A DNA stretch of 64,000 bases from Thermoanaerobaculia bacterium (GCA_035569395.1 DATMNC010000062.1:30591-94590), one strand, 5' to 3'; positions 51,086-60,747 are shown, numbered from the stretch's first letter. The notes: a model not told the origin generated them from the sequence alone. Made by a program: numbers and translations.

Positions 51086-52153
51086 ATGTCCAGGCGTTTC
51101 ATCACCTTACTCATGATCGTTGCCGCGCCGCTGCTCGCGCAGCAGACGCAAAAGAATCCACAGCCGTTCAACGAGAGGGTCGACGTCAATCTGGTGCAGC
51201 TCGACGCGATCGTGACCGATTCCCGCGGCAGCCAGATACTCGGCCTCGGCAAGGACGATTTCGTGGTCACCGAGAACGGTCTGGCTCTGCCAGTCGATTC
51301 AGTCGATTACTTCACAAACCGCCGCCTCATCAACGCGCCTGAATCGACCGCGGCCTTCAAGGTCGAGCGCGTCCACGACGAGCGGTACCTCATCTTCTTT
51401 TTTGACAAAGTCACGTCCGATTTCGCTTCGCAGGCCGAGATGATCCGGGCCCGCAACGACGCCTTCCGGTTCCTCGACGACAGGCTGCGTCCCGAGGACC
51501 GCGTCGCCATCGTCGGCCACGACGTAAGGCTCAAGGTCTACAGCGACTTCACCTCCGACAAGACGAAGATCCACCGTGCATTGAACGATGCCACGGCATA
51601 CGGTCTTGGCATCCGCACCAAGGACACCTCGAGCTCCAGCACGTCCTTGCTTGCCAACATGGACATCGATCGGATGATCAACAAGACCGGGTCGGTCTAC
51701 GAGGCTCTCGATCTCCTCGGCGATGCGCTGCGTCCGATTCATGCGCGCAAGGATGTGGTCATCTTCTCGAACGGCATCATCGGCCCCGACGAAGAGGTAC
51801 GCGGCAACATCGTGTTGACCCGCAGCCGCTACTACGATCCGATGATCGCATCGCTCAACAGCGCGGACGTGACCCTCTACCCGGTCTCGCTGCAGAGCGG
51901 CATCAACGAGCCGGAGTTCGTGCACCAGAATCTTTCGACGATGGCCAGCGACACGAACGGACGTTACTACCGCCTCCACACGAGCTACATCTCGCCTCTT
52001 CAGCAGATTGAAAAGCAGACGGCCGGGTACTACCTCATCAGCTACTACACGAAGAAGCGCCCCGGCGAGCACGGCTTCCAGAAGGTCAACGTCGCATTGC
52101 GCAACCCCGAGTTCAAGGTCAGCTCTCGGTCTGGTTACTCATACGGCGACTAG
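51086..52153 (+). CDS. VWA-domain protein with acidobacterial-type N-terminal region (TIGR03436-like)
   Basis: Signal/TM MSRRFITLLMIVAAPLLA then ERVDVNLVQLDAIVTDSRG...GLGKDDFVVTENG, then VWA fold (IFFFD...D.V.IV). Confidence 0.75.
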   Translation: MSRRFITLLMIVAAPLLAQQTQKNPQPFNERVDVNLVQLDAIVTDSRGSQILGLGKDDFVVTENGLALPVDSVDYFTNRRLINAPESTAAFKVERVHDERYLIFFFDKVTSDFASQAEMIRARNDAFRFLDDRLRPEDRVAIVGHDVRLKVYSDFTSDKTKIHRALNDATAYGLGIRTKDTSSSSTSLLANMDIDRMINKTGSVYEALDLLGDALRPIHARKDVVIFSNGIIGPDEEVRGNIVLTRSRYYDPMIASLNSADVTLYPVSLQSGINEPEFVHQNLSTMASDTNGRYYRLHTSYISPLQQIEKQTAGYYLISYYTKKRPGEHGFQKVNVALRNPEFKVSSRSGYSYGD

Positions 52154-52183
52154 CGGCACGGCTGCGTTGATTGCCCAAGGCTC
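52154..52183 (+). repeat. ~35-bp dispersed motif, copy 3 (immediately after the VWA gene stop; lacks the CCGG duplication)
   Basis: cggcacggctgcgttgattgcccaaggctc. Confidence 0.65.
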
Positions 52184-52203
52184 GGCCTCCATTGCCGCCC
52201 GAT

Positions 52204-53721
52204 TCAACCGGCCGTGCAAACGATCAGGCGGATCCGCTCGCCCGGCGCAAGCTGGGCGAGCTTCCAGAGATCGTCGGACACCACCGTCGCCGGCTGCAGA
52301 TAGCCGCCGGTGACGGGGTGGTCCGGCCCCATCGCCACTAGGCTCCCATCCGGGTGCCACTGCAAGGTGCCGAACTGCATCCCGCACGATGGGAGATTCG
52401 CTGACGCCACGAACGACGATGTCTCGATCGGCCGCAGGCGAATACCGACGCGGTTGAGTTGCGCCGTTACTTCCCATTCTTCGGGGAGTGTGGGTGCATC
52501 GTGTGGGCCGAGGATGATGCGGATGTCCTTTGCTTCGGGCTCCTTCCGCGAGAGATCCGCCCCCTCATCCGCCGGAGCTTGCCCTGAGGAGCGATAGCGA
52601 CGAAGGGGCACCTTCTCCCCCAAAAAGCGGGGGAGAAGGCTCTCGACGGTTGAGACGCGCAAGTAGGATGCTTCCCTTTTCAACGATCGTATTGCCATCC
52701 CCACCCGCACCACCGTCGGCGCCTCGGCATAACGTGCGCGCATTTCGTCGATGCCACCTTCGATCGCGAGATAGCCTCGCAAGCCTCCGTGGAAGCGACC
52801 GAGGTTCAGCTCCTCGCCCGCGGCGAGCGTGAACGTCTGCACGTCGCCGCCACCGTCGCAGAACGCGGCGCGGCGCGCCGTGCGGAATCGAAGACGGGGC
52901 GCGACGAGGACGCACTCCAGCAGAGGTGCATCGTCGTCATTGCCGGCAGCGCGGTTGGCCAGGGCGGCGGCGAGGACGTCGAACGGTCCGCCAGGGGAAA
53001 CGCCGTAATCGGCGCGCTTCCAATCACGAGCACCAACAATCGTCGTGAGCTGCCCGGGCGCAACGACCTCCGCGACGATTTCGCTGCCGTTTTCCACGTT
53101 CGCAGCCGCTGGCGCGTCAAAGCTGTCGATCGAGGCCGGACGAATCTCGATCACATCACCGGGAGCAAATCGATTTGGCGGGTCCGCATTCGAGTCCCAC
53201 AGCGACGCGTTCGTCCTGCCGAGGAGGTTCCAGCCGCCCGGCGAATCGACGGGATAGAAGCCGGCCATGGCGCCGGCGATGGCGAAGCTGCCGCGCGGTA
53301 CGAGATTGCGCGAGGTCGTCCGGCGCGGCATCCGCCATTCGTCCGGCCACCCTTCGAGATAGGCAAACCCGGCGCAAAAACCGAGGTAACGGGCAGTGAG
53401 GCGGATGGACGGAACGCGTTTCAGGAAATCACCGCGCGCGAGGTGCGCATACGCGAGGAGCTCGTCGAGGTCGGGACCGGAGAAATCGACGTCGATGACG
53501 TGCGTGCGCGGTGTGAATGCGATCGGCGGCACATCGTCGAAATCAATCGCCGGGTCGCCATCGAACACGACGTAAAGAGACTGCTGGCCGACGACGCAGG
53601 CCACGACGTGCGGGTCCTCGTGCAACGCGGCCGCGCGTGCATGCAACTCCGCCGCGGTGACGTCCGCGCCGAAGTCGGCGAGGATTCCACGGTCGCCGGC
53701 CCGCGTCACTTTCGGCTGCAT
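52204..53721 (-). CDS. fused 5-oxoprolinase subunit B/C-like carboxyltransferase (allophanate hydrolase subunit 1/2, KipI-KipA type)
   Basis: About 505 aa with two cyclophilin-like CT domains; start taken at MQPKVTRAGDRGIL. Confidence 0.75.
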   Translation of the reverse strand: MQPKVTRAGDRGILADFGADVTAAELHARAAALHEDPHVVACVVGQQSLYVVFDGDPAIDFDDVPPIAFTPRTHVIDVDFSGPDLDELLAYAHLARGDFLKRVPSIRLTARYLGFCAGFAYLEGWPDEWRMPRRTTSRNLVPRGSFAIAGAMAGFYPVDSPGGWNLLGRTNASLWDSNADPPNRFAPGDVIEIRPASIDSFDAPAAANVENGSEIVAEVVAPGQLTTIVGARDWKRADYGVSPGGPFDVLAAALANRAAGNDDDAPLLECVLVAPRLRFRTARRAAFCDGGGDVQTFTLAAGEELNLGRFHGGLRGYLAIEGGIDEMRARYAEAPTVVRVGMAIRSLKREASYLRVSTVESLLPRFLGEKVPLRRYRSSGQAPADEGADLSRKEPEAKDIRIILGPHDAPTLPEEWEVTAQLNRVGIRLRPIETSSFVASANLPSCGMQFGTLQWHPDGSLVAMGPDHPVTGGYLQPATVVSDDLWKLAQLAPGERIRLIVCTAG

Positions 53722-53750
53722 GCGCGCTGATGGTAACGTGCCGCCCCACC

Positions 53751-55229
53751 ATGGCAAACGACCACGTACATCAGGGATGCAACCACGGCTCGATCCTTCA
53801 GGATGTTGCGCGCCAGGCGATGATCGATCGCGGGCTCGCACCCGATTTTTCCGACGCCGCGCAGAAACAGGCGGATGGGATAAGCGGCGCCGCAACCGAC
53901 TCTGACGCGTCGATCCGCGATCTCCGCAACCTTCTCTGGTGCTCGATCGACAACGACGACTCCCGCGATCTCGATCAACTCACGGTGGCCGAAGACCTCG
54001 GCGGAGGCAACGTCCGGGCCATGGTGGCGGTGGCCGACGTCGATGCCGTCGTCAAGAAGGGCTCGCCGATCGACGATCACGCGCGGCAGAACACGACATC
54101 CATCTACACGGCCGCGCGCATCTTTCCGATGCTTCCCGAAAAGCTGTCGACGAACCTGACCTCGCTCAACGAGCACGAGGAACGGCTGGCGATCGTCATG
54201 GACATGGTCGTCGCCTCCGACGGCTCGGTCACGAAAGGCGATGTGTACCGGGCCCGCGTCCACAACAAAGCGCAGCTCGCGTACAACGCCGTCGGAATGT
54301 GGCTCGAGGGCCACGCCGACATGCCTCCGAAGGTGAAGGCGGTGCCCCGCCTGGCCGAAAATCTTAAGCTGCAGGATCGCGTCGCGGACTCGATGCGGGA
54401 GCTGCGGCACGAGCACGGCGCCCTCGACCTCGATACGATCGAGGCTCGCGCGGTGATGGAGAATGGGCACGTGGTCGATCTGCAGGTCGAGGCGCGCAAC
54501 AACGCCAAGAACCTGATCGAGGATTTCATGATCGCCGCCAACGGCGTCACCGCGCGCTTCCTGACGGCGAAAGGGCTCTCCGGCCTGCGACGCGTGGTCC
54601 GCTCACCAGAGCGTTGGGACCGCATCGAGGCCATCGCCGCGACATATGGCGAGAAACTGCCGGCTGATCCCGATTCGGTCGCGCTCGAGGAGTTCCTCGT
54701 CCGCCGGCGCAAGGCTGACCCCTTGCGCTTTCCCGATCTTTCGCTGGCCATCGTCAAGGCGATGGGCGCGGGCGAGTACGTCGTTGAAAAGCCGGGCCAA
54801 TCGTCGATTGGACACTTCGGCCTGGCCGTGCGCGATTACACGCACTCGACCGCCCCGAACCGCCGCTTTCCCGATCTGATCACGCACCGGCTGGTGAAAC
54901 CTGCCCTCGACGGCGAAAAACCGGGCTACACCGACGACGAGCTCGCGGCGCTGGCGCAGCACTGCACCGAGGCAGAGGATGCTGCGAACAAAGTGGAGCG
55001 GCAGGTTCGCAAGTCTGCGGCGGCCTGCATCCTCGAGCCGCGCGTCGGCCAGCGTTTCGACGGAATCGTCACCGGCGCGTCGGAGAAAGGAACGTGGGTC
55101 CGTGTCTTCCATCCGCCCGTTGAGGGAAAGGTCATCCACGGCGCTCATGGAGTCGACGTCGGCGACCGCGTCAACGTGAAGCTGGTCGACGTGAACGTCG
55201 AACGCGGCTACATCGACTTCGTCCGATAG
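53751..55229 (+). CDS. RNB-domain exoribonuclease (RNase II/R family) with C-terminal S1 domain
   Basis: IDNDDSRDLDQLT...DDHARQNTTSIYT RNB catalytic motifs; C-terminal GIVTGASEKGTWVRV S1-like. Confidence 0.85.
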   Translation: MANDHVHQGCNHGSILQDVARQAMIDRGLAPDFSDAAQKQADGISGAATDSDASIRDLRNLLWCSIDNDDSRDLDQLTVAEDLGGGNVRAMVAVADVDAVVKKGSPIDDHARQNTTSIYTAARIFPMLPEKLSTNLTSLNEHEERLAIVMDMVVASDGSVTKGDVYRARVHNKAQLAYNAVGMWLEGHADMPPKVKAVPRLAENLKLQDRVADSMRELRHEHGALDLDTIEARAVMENGHVVDLQVEARNNAKNLIEDFMIAANGVTARFLTAKGLSGLRRVVRSPERWDRIEAIAATYGEKLPADPDSVALEEFLVRRRKADPLRFPDLSLAIVKAMGAGEYVVEKPGQSSIGHFGLAVRDYTHSTAPNRRFPDLITHRLVKPALDGEKPGYTDDELAALAQHCTEAEDAANKVERQVRKSAAACILEPRVGQRFDGIVTGASEKGTWVRVFHPPVEGKVIHGAHGVDVGDRVNVKLVDVNVERGYIDFVR

Positions 55230-55347
55230 GGGCGGAGAGCGGGCGTCCCGCCTGCTCCCGCCGTGGCGTCTCGCCCGGCGGTGGTCCCGCCGAAAGTAGG
55301 GTTGAACTGAAAACGCGGATGGAGAGATCGCCGTTTTTACCCGACAC

Positions 55348-56709
55348 TTACGTTCGCCTTCGTCCCCACCGCCGGGCGAGACGCCCGTCGGGAGCAGGCG
55401 AAGACGCCCGCTCTCCTTTTTCGGCGCGAGCTCCGAGCGCCAGAAGAAACAGCGCTGGCGCGATCACATGCATCAGCAGCCGGTCAGCCGTTACAGCGAT
55501 CAGGTCGGATGCGACCCACTCCGTGGCGATATAGACGCCCGCGTAAACGGCGAGCATGGCGATGATGACGCTGATGGCCACCTTGGCCCCGCTGCGGTCG
55601 ACGCGCCACGCCAGCACTGCCGCGATGACGACAGCGATCCAGAAAAGGCCCCATCGCGGGAAGAGGAAGATGTGCGCCGGAAACGCCGCCAGCGCGTCGC
55701 CGAGGTGGTGCAGCTTCCGGAAAATCGTCGGAAGCTTGTGGAGGATGTCCTCTTCGTCGCCGGCGGGAATGCGCGCGCGCCAGACGAAGAGGGCCAATGC
55801 CGCGATCACGCTCGTAATCGCCGGAATCACAATCCGTTTACGAAAGACAAAGGCCCCGATGACGAGGAAGATGAGGGCGAACGGCAACCCTTCGCTTTTT
55901 GTCAGCACGAGGAACGCGAGCCACAAACCAAAGCGGATGGCGCGGTCTCGCGGTGATGAAGGAGCGGAGCACCCCGAGACCGCGAGACCGCGAGACCCCG
56001 CGACCGCATCAACCAGTTCGAAGAAGGCCCCTGCCGCAAAGGCCGCGAGCGCGATGTCGCTATAGGCCGACAGCGCGCCGCCCTCGGGTTCGACGGCGAA
56101 TTGCGGGATCCAGACCAGGAGCGCCGCACACCAGGCACCCGCCGTCGGAGAGACCATGCGGCCGATCCGTTCGCGCACAAGCAACGCGAAGGCAGCGAGC
56201 AGGCCGAGGTACAGCCAGCGAAGTTGACGGTCATCGGAATCGTGGGCGACACCGAAGATCACAGCGCCGTCGAGCGGGATCAGGATCGGATAGTGATTGC
56301 GCGGATCGAGCGTCGCACCGCGAAAGAACGGCCCGTCGATGGCGCGTTCCTGCGCGATCCCTTTCGCCTTCAGCACCCAGAACGCGCGGCCATCGAAATC
56401 GCTGAGCGGAGTGATTGCGGCGACGAAGGTTAGCGCGATGAGGGGAAGGCACATCAGGATTGTGGGAAGCAGGGGGTAGGGATTAGGTCGCCGGGTTGAG
56501 CGACGCAGTAGCTCCCACAACCCACTCCCCACGATCCAAACCCCGATCAACCCCAACGCAACAACCAATGGCACGTGCGCGACGCCGGCGAGAAAGAGGA
56601 GCGCGCCAACCAGACCGGCGCCGAAGAGAAATGCTTCGCCGATGCCGCGTCGTCCGAGGCACCAACCGGCGAGTGGGAAAAGGACGAGTGTGACGACGAG
56701 TCCGATCAT
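55348..56709 (-). CDS. polytopic membrane glycosyltransferase-like protein (GT-C/DUF2029-like); contains an in-frame family B repeat
   Basis: More than 10 TM helices. Nucleotides 55936-56005 (gcggtctcgcggtga...gagaccgcgagaccgcgagaccccgcgaccgc) are translated in frame as ...AVAGSRGLAVSGCSAPSSPRDRAIRF. Confidence 0.55.
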   Translation of the reverse strand: MIGLVVTLVLFPLAGWCLGRRGIGEAFLFGAGLVGALLFLAGVAHVPLVVALGLIGVWIVGSGLWELLRRSTRRPNPYPLLPTILMCLPLIALTFVAAITPLSDFDGRAFWVLKAKGIAQERAIDGPFFRGATLDPRNHYPILIPLDGAVIFGVAHDSDDRQLRWLYLGLLAAFALLVRERIGRMVSPTAGAWCAALLVWIPQFAVEPEGGALSAYSDIALAAFAAGAFFELVDAVAGSRGLAVSGCSAPSSPRDRAIRFGLWLAFLVLTKSEGLPFALIFLVIGAFVFRKRIVIPAITSVIAALALFVWRARIPAGDEEDILHKLPTIFRKLHHLGDALAAFPAHIFLFPRWGLFWIAVVIAAVLAWRVDRSGAKVAISVIIAMLAVYAGVYIATEWVASDLIAVTADRLLMHVIAPALFLLALGARAEKGERASSPAPDGRLARRWGRRRT

Positions 56710-57707
56710 CGTGGCCAGAGAAAATCGGTGCGACCGTTCATCTCGCGTGTCGCGACGAAGGCGTAGACATCACCGCTGACGCGCGGAACGTTCGTAACCG
56801 GCCAGGAGACGAATGCCTGGGGGTCGAATGGGAACGATACGCCTCCGACCACAGCCGTCACCGGCGTCGCGGCTGGATTGATCACGAAGAGCTTCGTGTC
56901 GCGATAGATCGGCGCTGCCGCGAGGCCGGTTGCCGCGCCGGCGATGTTCGGCAGCAGGGTGGCATCTCCATGTCCGCGGTTTACAAAGTAGAACGCCGCG
57001 CGCAACGGCAGCGGCGAATCGACGTGCATCCATCCTCGATCGAGGACTCCGAAGAGTTGGTGCACGAGGTCGTAATACTTCGCGGTCGAACCCGGCGCGA
57101 TCGTGATCGTCCGTACCAAGCCCTTCGGCCAGAATGTCGCGCGAAGCTCGGCTGGCACTCGGTTCGGGTTGACGATCGTCGCCTCGATCACGAACGTCTC
57201 CGGCGCCGGACCGTCGAGCGATGCCGCGATCGGCAGGATGAACGTCGTCCGCGGCTCACTGAGCGTTGGCGCGCCGACAACCCGATGTCCGGTACGGAGA
57301 TCGCGGTCGCGCAGTGCATCGTATGTCGTCTGCGTAACGCGGTCCGCGGTCACGGCAACGATGGTCTTCGGCAGCATCGGATCGGGAGCGGCATTGCGAT
57401 AGTCGTCGCGGCCAATGAACAGCCGCGTGCGGATCGGGTGGAGGTAGTAGCTGGCAAAAACGGCAGACTCGACGTCGCGCGGGCTGGCGATGAGCGCGAC
57501 CTGCTCGTGAGGTGGCAGCTCGCGGCGAAGCGCTTCGACGGATGCGTACCACGGCCCCATCTGCTTCTCCCGTCTCGCCTCGTAGCCCAGCGGCAGCAGC
57601 GTGCGGGCGTTGTTCACGAGCGCCACCAGCCGCGGCAGCGTCGTCACGGCAAGCGAAAAAAACAGCAGCGCGCATGCGATGCGCGGGATGACCGGACGTT
57701 CGCTCAT
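56706..57707 (-). CDS. hypothetical protein with N-terminal TM anchor
   Basis: 333-aa ORF overlapping panD stop and the next gene start; no family recognised. Confidence 0.5.
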   Translation of the reverse strand: MSERPVIPRIACALLFFSLAVTTLPRLVALVNNARTLLPLGYEARREKQMGPWYASVEALRRELPPHEQVALIASPRDVESAVFASYYLHPIRTRLFIGRDDYRNAAPDPMLPKTIVAVTADRVTQTTYDALRDRDLRTGHRVVGAPTLSEPRTTFILPIAASLDGPAPETFVIEATIVNPNRVPAELRATFWPKGLVRTITIAPGSTAKYYDLVHQLFGVLDRGWMHVDSPLPLRAAFYFVNRGHGDATLLPNIAGAATGLAAAPIYRDTKLFVINPAATPVTAVVGGVSFPFDPQAFVSWPVTNVPRVSGDVYAFVATREMNGRTDFLWPR

Positions 57708-58063
57708 CCTTCGCCGACCGAGACTACCTGATTGTTTTCGCCGAGCGCGACGATGCGCGGTCTGTGGGCGAGCGTCTGCCCCTCATGAAACGTGGCGAAG
57801 GCAACGATGCTGATGGTGTCGCCCACACGCACCGGCGCGCGCGCGCCGGTGTGAACGGCTACCTCCCCGCTTCCCTGCGGCGCCGGCTCGATCCAGGTAC
57901 GAAACCGTTCACCGGTGGCGATATTGATGACGTCGACTTCCTCGAACGGCAGGACTTCCGCGGCGCGCAGCACGAACGCATCCACCCGCAACGCCACCGG
58001 CCAAAGCGTGGCGGCACCGGTGACGACGGCGTTCTGGATGACGGCGTGAAGGAGAGTACGCAT
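57704..58063 (-). CDS. panD: aspartate 1-decarboxylase
   Basis: MRTLLHAVIQNAVVTGA...GSG... pyruvoyl-dependent PanD pattern, 119 aa. Confidence 0.9.
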   Translation of the reverse strand: MRTLLHAVIQNAVVTGAATLWPVALRVDAFVLRAAEVLPFEEVDVINIATGERFRTWIEPAPQGSGEVAVHTGARAPVRVGDTISIVAFATFHEGQTLAHRPRIVALGENNQVVSVGEG

Positions 58064-58120
58064 GATCTGCGGCTTCGCCGCGTTGTCGGTTGTCGGTTGA
58101 CTGCGCGGCGTTTTTTGGCC

Positions 58121-58969
58121 TCAGGCACGCGCAATTCGTATGTTATCAATCAGCCGCGTCCGTCCGATTCGTACCGCGCCGACGAGAAGGAGGTCGCGCC
58201 GGAGATCAGCGGGCGGCAGAAAGGTCTCCGGATCGACGACGGTGAGGTAATCGATCTCGATTCCGGGCCTCTTCTCGATCATCTTTCGCATCAATGTCTC
58301 GATGGCGCTCACGTCCCGGATGCCGCGGATGACAGCCTCTTCTCCTGCCCGCAGTGCGCGATACAGCGCCGGCGCGAGTCTTCGTTCGTCCGGAGACAGA
58401 TAGCTGTTGCGCGACGACAACGCCAGGCCGTCGTGCTCGCGCGCGGTCTCGGCGAAGATGAGCCGCACCGGGACATCGAGATCGCCGACCATCCGATCGA
58501 TCACCGCGCACTGCTGGGCGTCCTTCCGTCCGAAGACGGCCAGATCGGGCTGGACGATGTTGAACAGCTTCATCACGACCGTGGCCACGCCATCGAAGTG
58601 TCCGGGGCGCCGTTCGCCTTCGAGGGGCATGGCCACGGCTCCGGCCGACACCGTCGTCTGTGAGCCCGGCGGATACATGATCCCGACCGACGGCAGAAAG
58701 AGGAGATCGACGTCTTTCCCCGTCAACAGCTCCTGATCGCGCGCCTCGTCGCGCGGATAGCGCGCAAAGTCTTCATTCGCGCCGAATTGCTTCGGGTTGA
58801 CGAAGATCGAGACGACGATGAACTCCGCGCCGGCCTCGCGCGCTGTGTCGATCAGCGAGAGGTGACCTTCGTGGAGAAAGCCCATCGTGGGGATGAAGGC
58901 GATGGTCTTGCGCGAATCGCGCGCGCGGGCGATCGCTTCCCGAGCTAAAGAGATCGTGGTTGTTGTTTG
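58121..58969 (-). CDS. panC: pantoate--beta-alanine ligase
   Basis: IAFIPTMGFLHEGHLSLI (HIGH-like motif); start taken at MQTTTTIS downstream of the family C repeat. Confidence 0.9.
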   Translation of the reverse strand, partial: QTTTTISLAREAIARARDSRKTIAFIPTMGFLHEGHLSLIDTAREAGAEFIVVSIFVNPKQFGANEDFARYPRDEARDQELLTGKDVDLLFLPSVGIMYPPGSQTTVSAGAVAMPLEGERRPGHFDGVATVVMKLFNIVQPDLAVFGRKDAQQCAVIDRMVGDLDVPVRLIFAETAREHDGLALSSRNSYLSPDERRLAPALYRALRAGEEAVIRGIRDVSAIETLMRKMIEKRPGIEIDYLTVVDPETFLPPADLRRDLLLVGAVRIGRTRLIDNIRIARA

Positions 58970-58974
58970 CATGG

Positions 58975-59070
58975 GTTGCTGGGTTGCTAGGTTGCTGGGT
59001 TGCTCGATGCCGTAGCAGGGCTTTGCCTCACCCAGCAACTCAGCGACCCTGCAACCCAGTAACCCTCATT
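58975..59070. repeat. intergenic hairpin element, family C
   Basis: gggttgctgggttgctaggttgctgggttgctcg...cccagcaactcagcgaccctgcaacccagtaacc. Confidence 0.75.
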
Positions 59071-59947
59071 GCGCCTTCGGCATCTCGATCACGACGCCCT
59101 CGCCGTACAACTCCCGCAACTCGTCCGCGCTCGCGGCGTGGAACGACTCCTTCACGTCGTCGGGGAAGCTGCCGTCGCGCACGTCGGCGAGGTAGTGCTC
59201 GATCGCGGCGCGCATCTCGTCGGCCATGTTGGCGTAACGACGGACGAACTTCGCCGTGTGGCCGTCGTACAGGCCGAGGAGATCGTGAAAGACGAGCACC
59301 TGCCCGTCGCAGGCGGGACCGGCGCCGATCCCGATCGTCGGCACCGACACGCGCTCGGTGATCATCGCCGCCAGTTCCGATGGGACGCACTCGAGCACGA
59401 TCGAGAAGCAGCCTGCCTGATCGAGTGCCTGCGCCTCTTCGACGAGCCTCCGGGCATCGTCGCGATTCTTTCCTTGCAGCTTGAATCCGCCGAGTGTGTT
59501 GACCGACTGCGGCGTGAGACCGATGTGGCCCATCACCGGGATCTCGGCATCGAGGATCGCTTCGATCACGCGTATCCGCGAGGCCTTCCCCCCTTCGACC
59601 TTCACCGCATGGGCGCCAGCCTGGATAAAGCGGCCGGCATTGCGCACCGACTCCTCGACCGACACATGGTAGGAGAGGTACGGCATGTCGCCGACGACGA
59701 GCGCTCGCGTCGCGCCGCGTACGGCCGCGCGCGTGTGGTGGACCATGTCGTCCACCGTTACGCTCAGCGTGTCGGGATAGCCGAGGACGACCATGCCGAG
59801 AGAGTCGCCGACCAGGATGATGTCGCTGCCGGCGGCGTCCGCCACCTTCGCGCTCGGATAGTCATACGCGGTGATCATCCCGATGCGCGTTACGCCCTTC
59901 ATGGCGCGGATGGCCGGGACGGTGATGTGTTTCGGTGTTGCTGCCAT
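59066..59947 (-). CDS. panB: 3-methyl-2-oxobutanoate hydroxymethyltransferase
   Basis: MITAYDYPSAKVADAAG.DIILVGDSLGMVVLG; start taken at MAATPK. Confidence 0.9.
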   Translation of the reverse strand: MAATPKHITVPAIRAMKGVTRIGMITAYDYPSAKVADAAGSDIILVGDSLGMVVLGYPDTLSVTVDDMVHHTRAAVRGATRALVVGDMPYLSYHVSVEESVRNAGRFIQAGAHAVKVEGGKASRIRVIEAILDAEIPVMGHIGLTPQSVNTLGGFKLQGKNRDDARRLVEEAQALDQAGCFSIVLECVPSELAAMITERVSVPTIGIGAGPACDGQVLVFHDLLGLYDGHTAKFVRRYANMADEMRAAIEHYLADVRDGSFPDDVKESFHAASADELRELYGEGVVIEMPKAQ

Positions 59948-59965
59948 TTGCTCCTCCAGTGGACC

Positions 59966-60047
59966 TTCAGGAGGAGCGAAGGATGAAGAATGAAGGATGA
60001 ACGATGAATACAGGCGATTCATCCTTCGTCCTTCATCCTTCAGACTT
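59966..60047. repeat. unique intergenic hairpin built from GAAGGATGAA sub-repeats
   Basis: gaaggatgaagaatgaaggatgaacgatgaat-acaggcg-attcatccttcgtccttcatccttc. Confidence 0.7.
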
Positions 60048-60074
60048 CCTCTACCCCCGTCTCGGTCCGTCGAC

Positions 60075-60716
60075 TCAGGATCCAAGCGGTACGTAGTACT
60101 GCGTTCCCTTCTTCGCATTGCGGATCTGCTCGATGAGCTGATCGAAATGCTCGGGCGTGTTGACGAAATCGATCTCGTTCGTGTTCACCACCAGCAATGG
60201 CGTCTCGTCGTACCGGTAAAAGTAGTGCGAGTACGCCTCGCTGATCTCTTTCAAGTACTCCTGCGAGATCGACTTCTCGTATGCCTTCCCGCGCTTCTTC
60301 ACGCGTTTCAATAGTGTATCAAGCGAAGCCTGCAAGTAGATAACCAGGTCCGGTTTGGGCACGCTTTCCCGCAGCATCTCGTAGAGCCGGTTGTAGATCA
60401 TCAGCTCCGAGTCTTCCAGCGTCAGGTAGGCGAAGATCTTGTCTTTCGGGAAGGAGTAGTCGGCCAGGATCAGCTCGGTGAAGAGGTCCCGCTGCGAGAT
60501 CGACCTCTGCTGGTCGTAGCGCGACAGCAGAAAGAAGAGCTGGCAGCGGAAGGCCGCACCGCGTTTGTCTTTGTAGAACTCGGCAAGAAACGGGTTGTCG
60601 ACGTCCTCGAGAATCTTCGTCCCGCGGAACCGCTTCGCCAGCAGGTTGACCAGCGATGTCTTCCCGACGCCGATCGGCCCTTCGACGGCGATTTGACGAA
60701 ACGGCAGAGGCGGCAC
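60075..60716 (-). CDS. deoxynucleoside kinase (dAK/dGK family)
   Basis: IAVEGPIGVGKTS P-loop, LILADYSF, ERV..RGR motifs; GTG start deduced. Confidence 0.8.
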   Translation of the reverse strand: MPPLPFRQIAVEGPIGVGKTSLVNLLAKRFRGTKILEDVDNPFLAEFYKDKRGAAFRCQLFFLLSRYDQQRSISQRDLFTELILADYSFPKDKIFAYLTLEDSELMIYNRLYEMLRESVPKPDLVIYLQASLDTLLKRVKKRGKAYEKSISQEYLKEISEAYSHYFYRYDETPLLVVNTNEIDFVNTPEHFDQLIEQIRNAKKGTQYYVPLGS

Positions 60717-60747
60717 GGGGGAAGGATAAGGGCAGAAGGCAGAAGGC

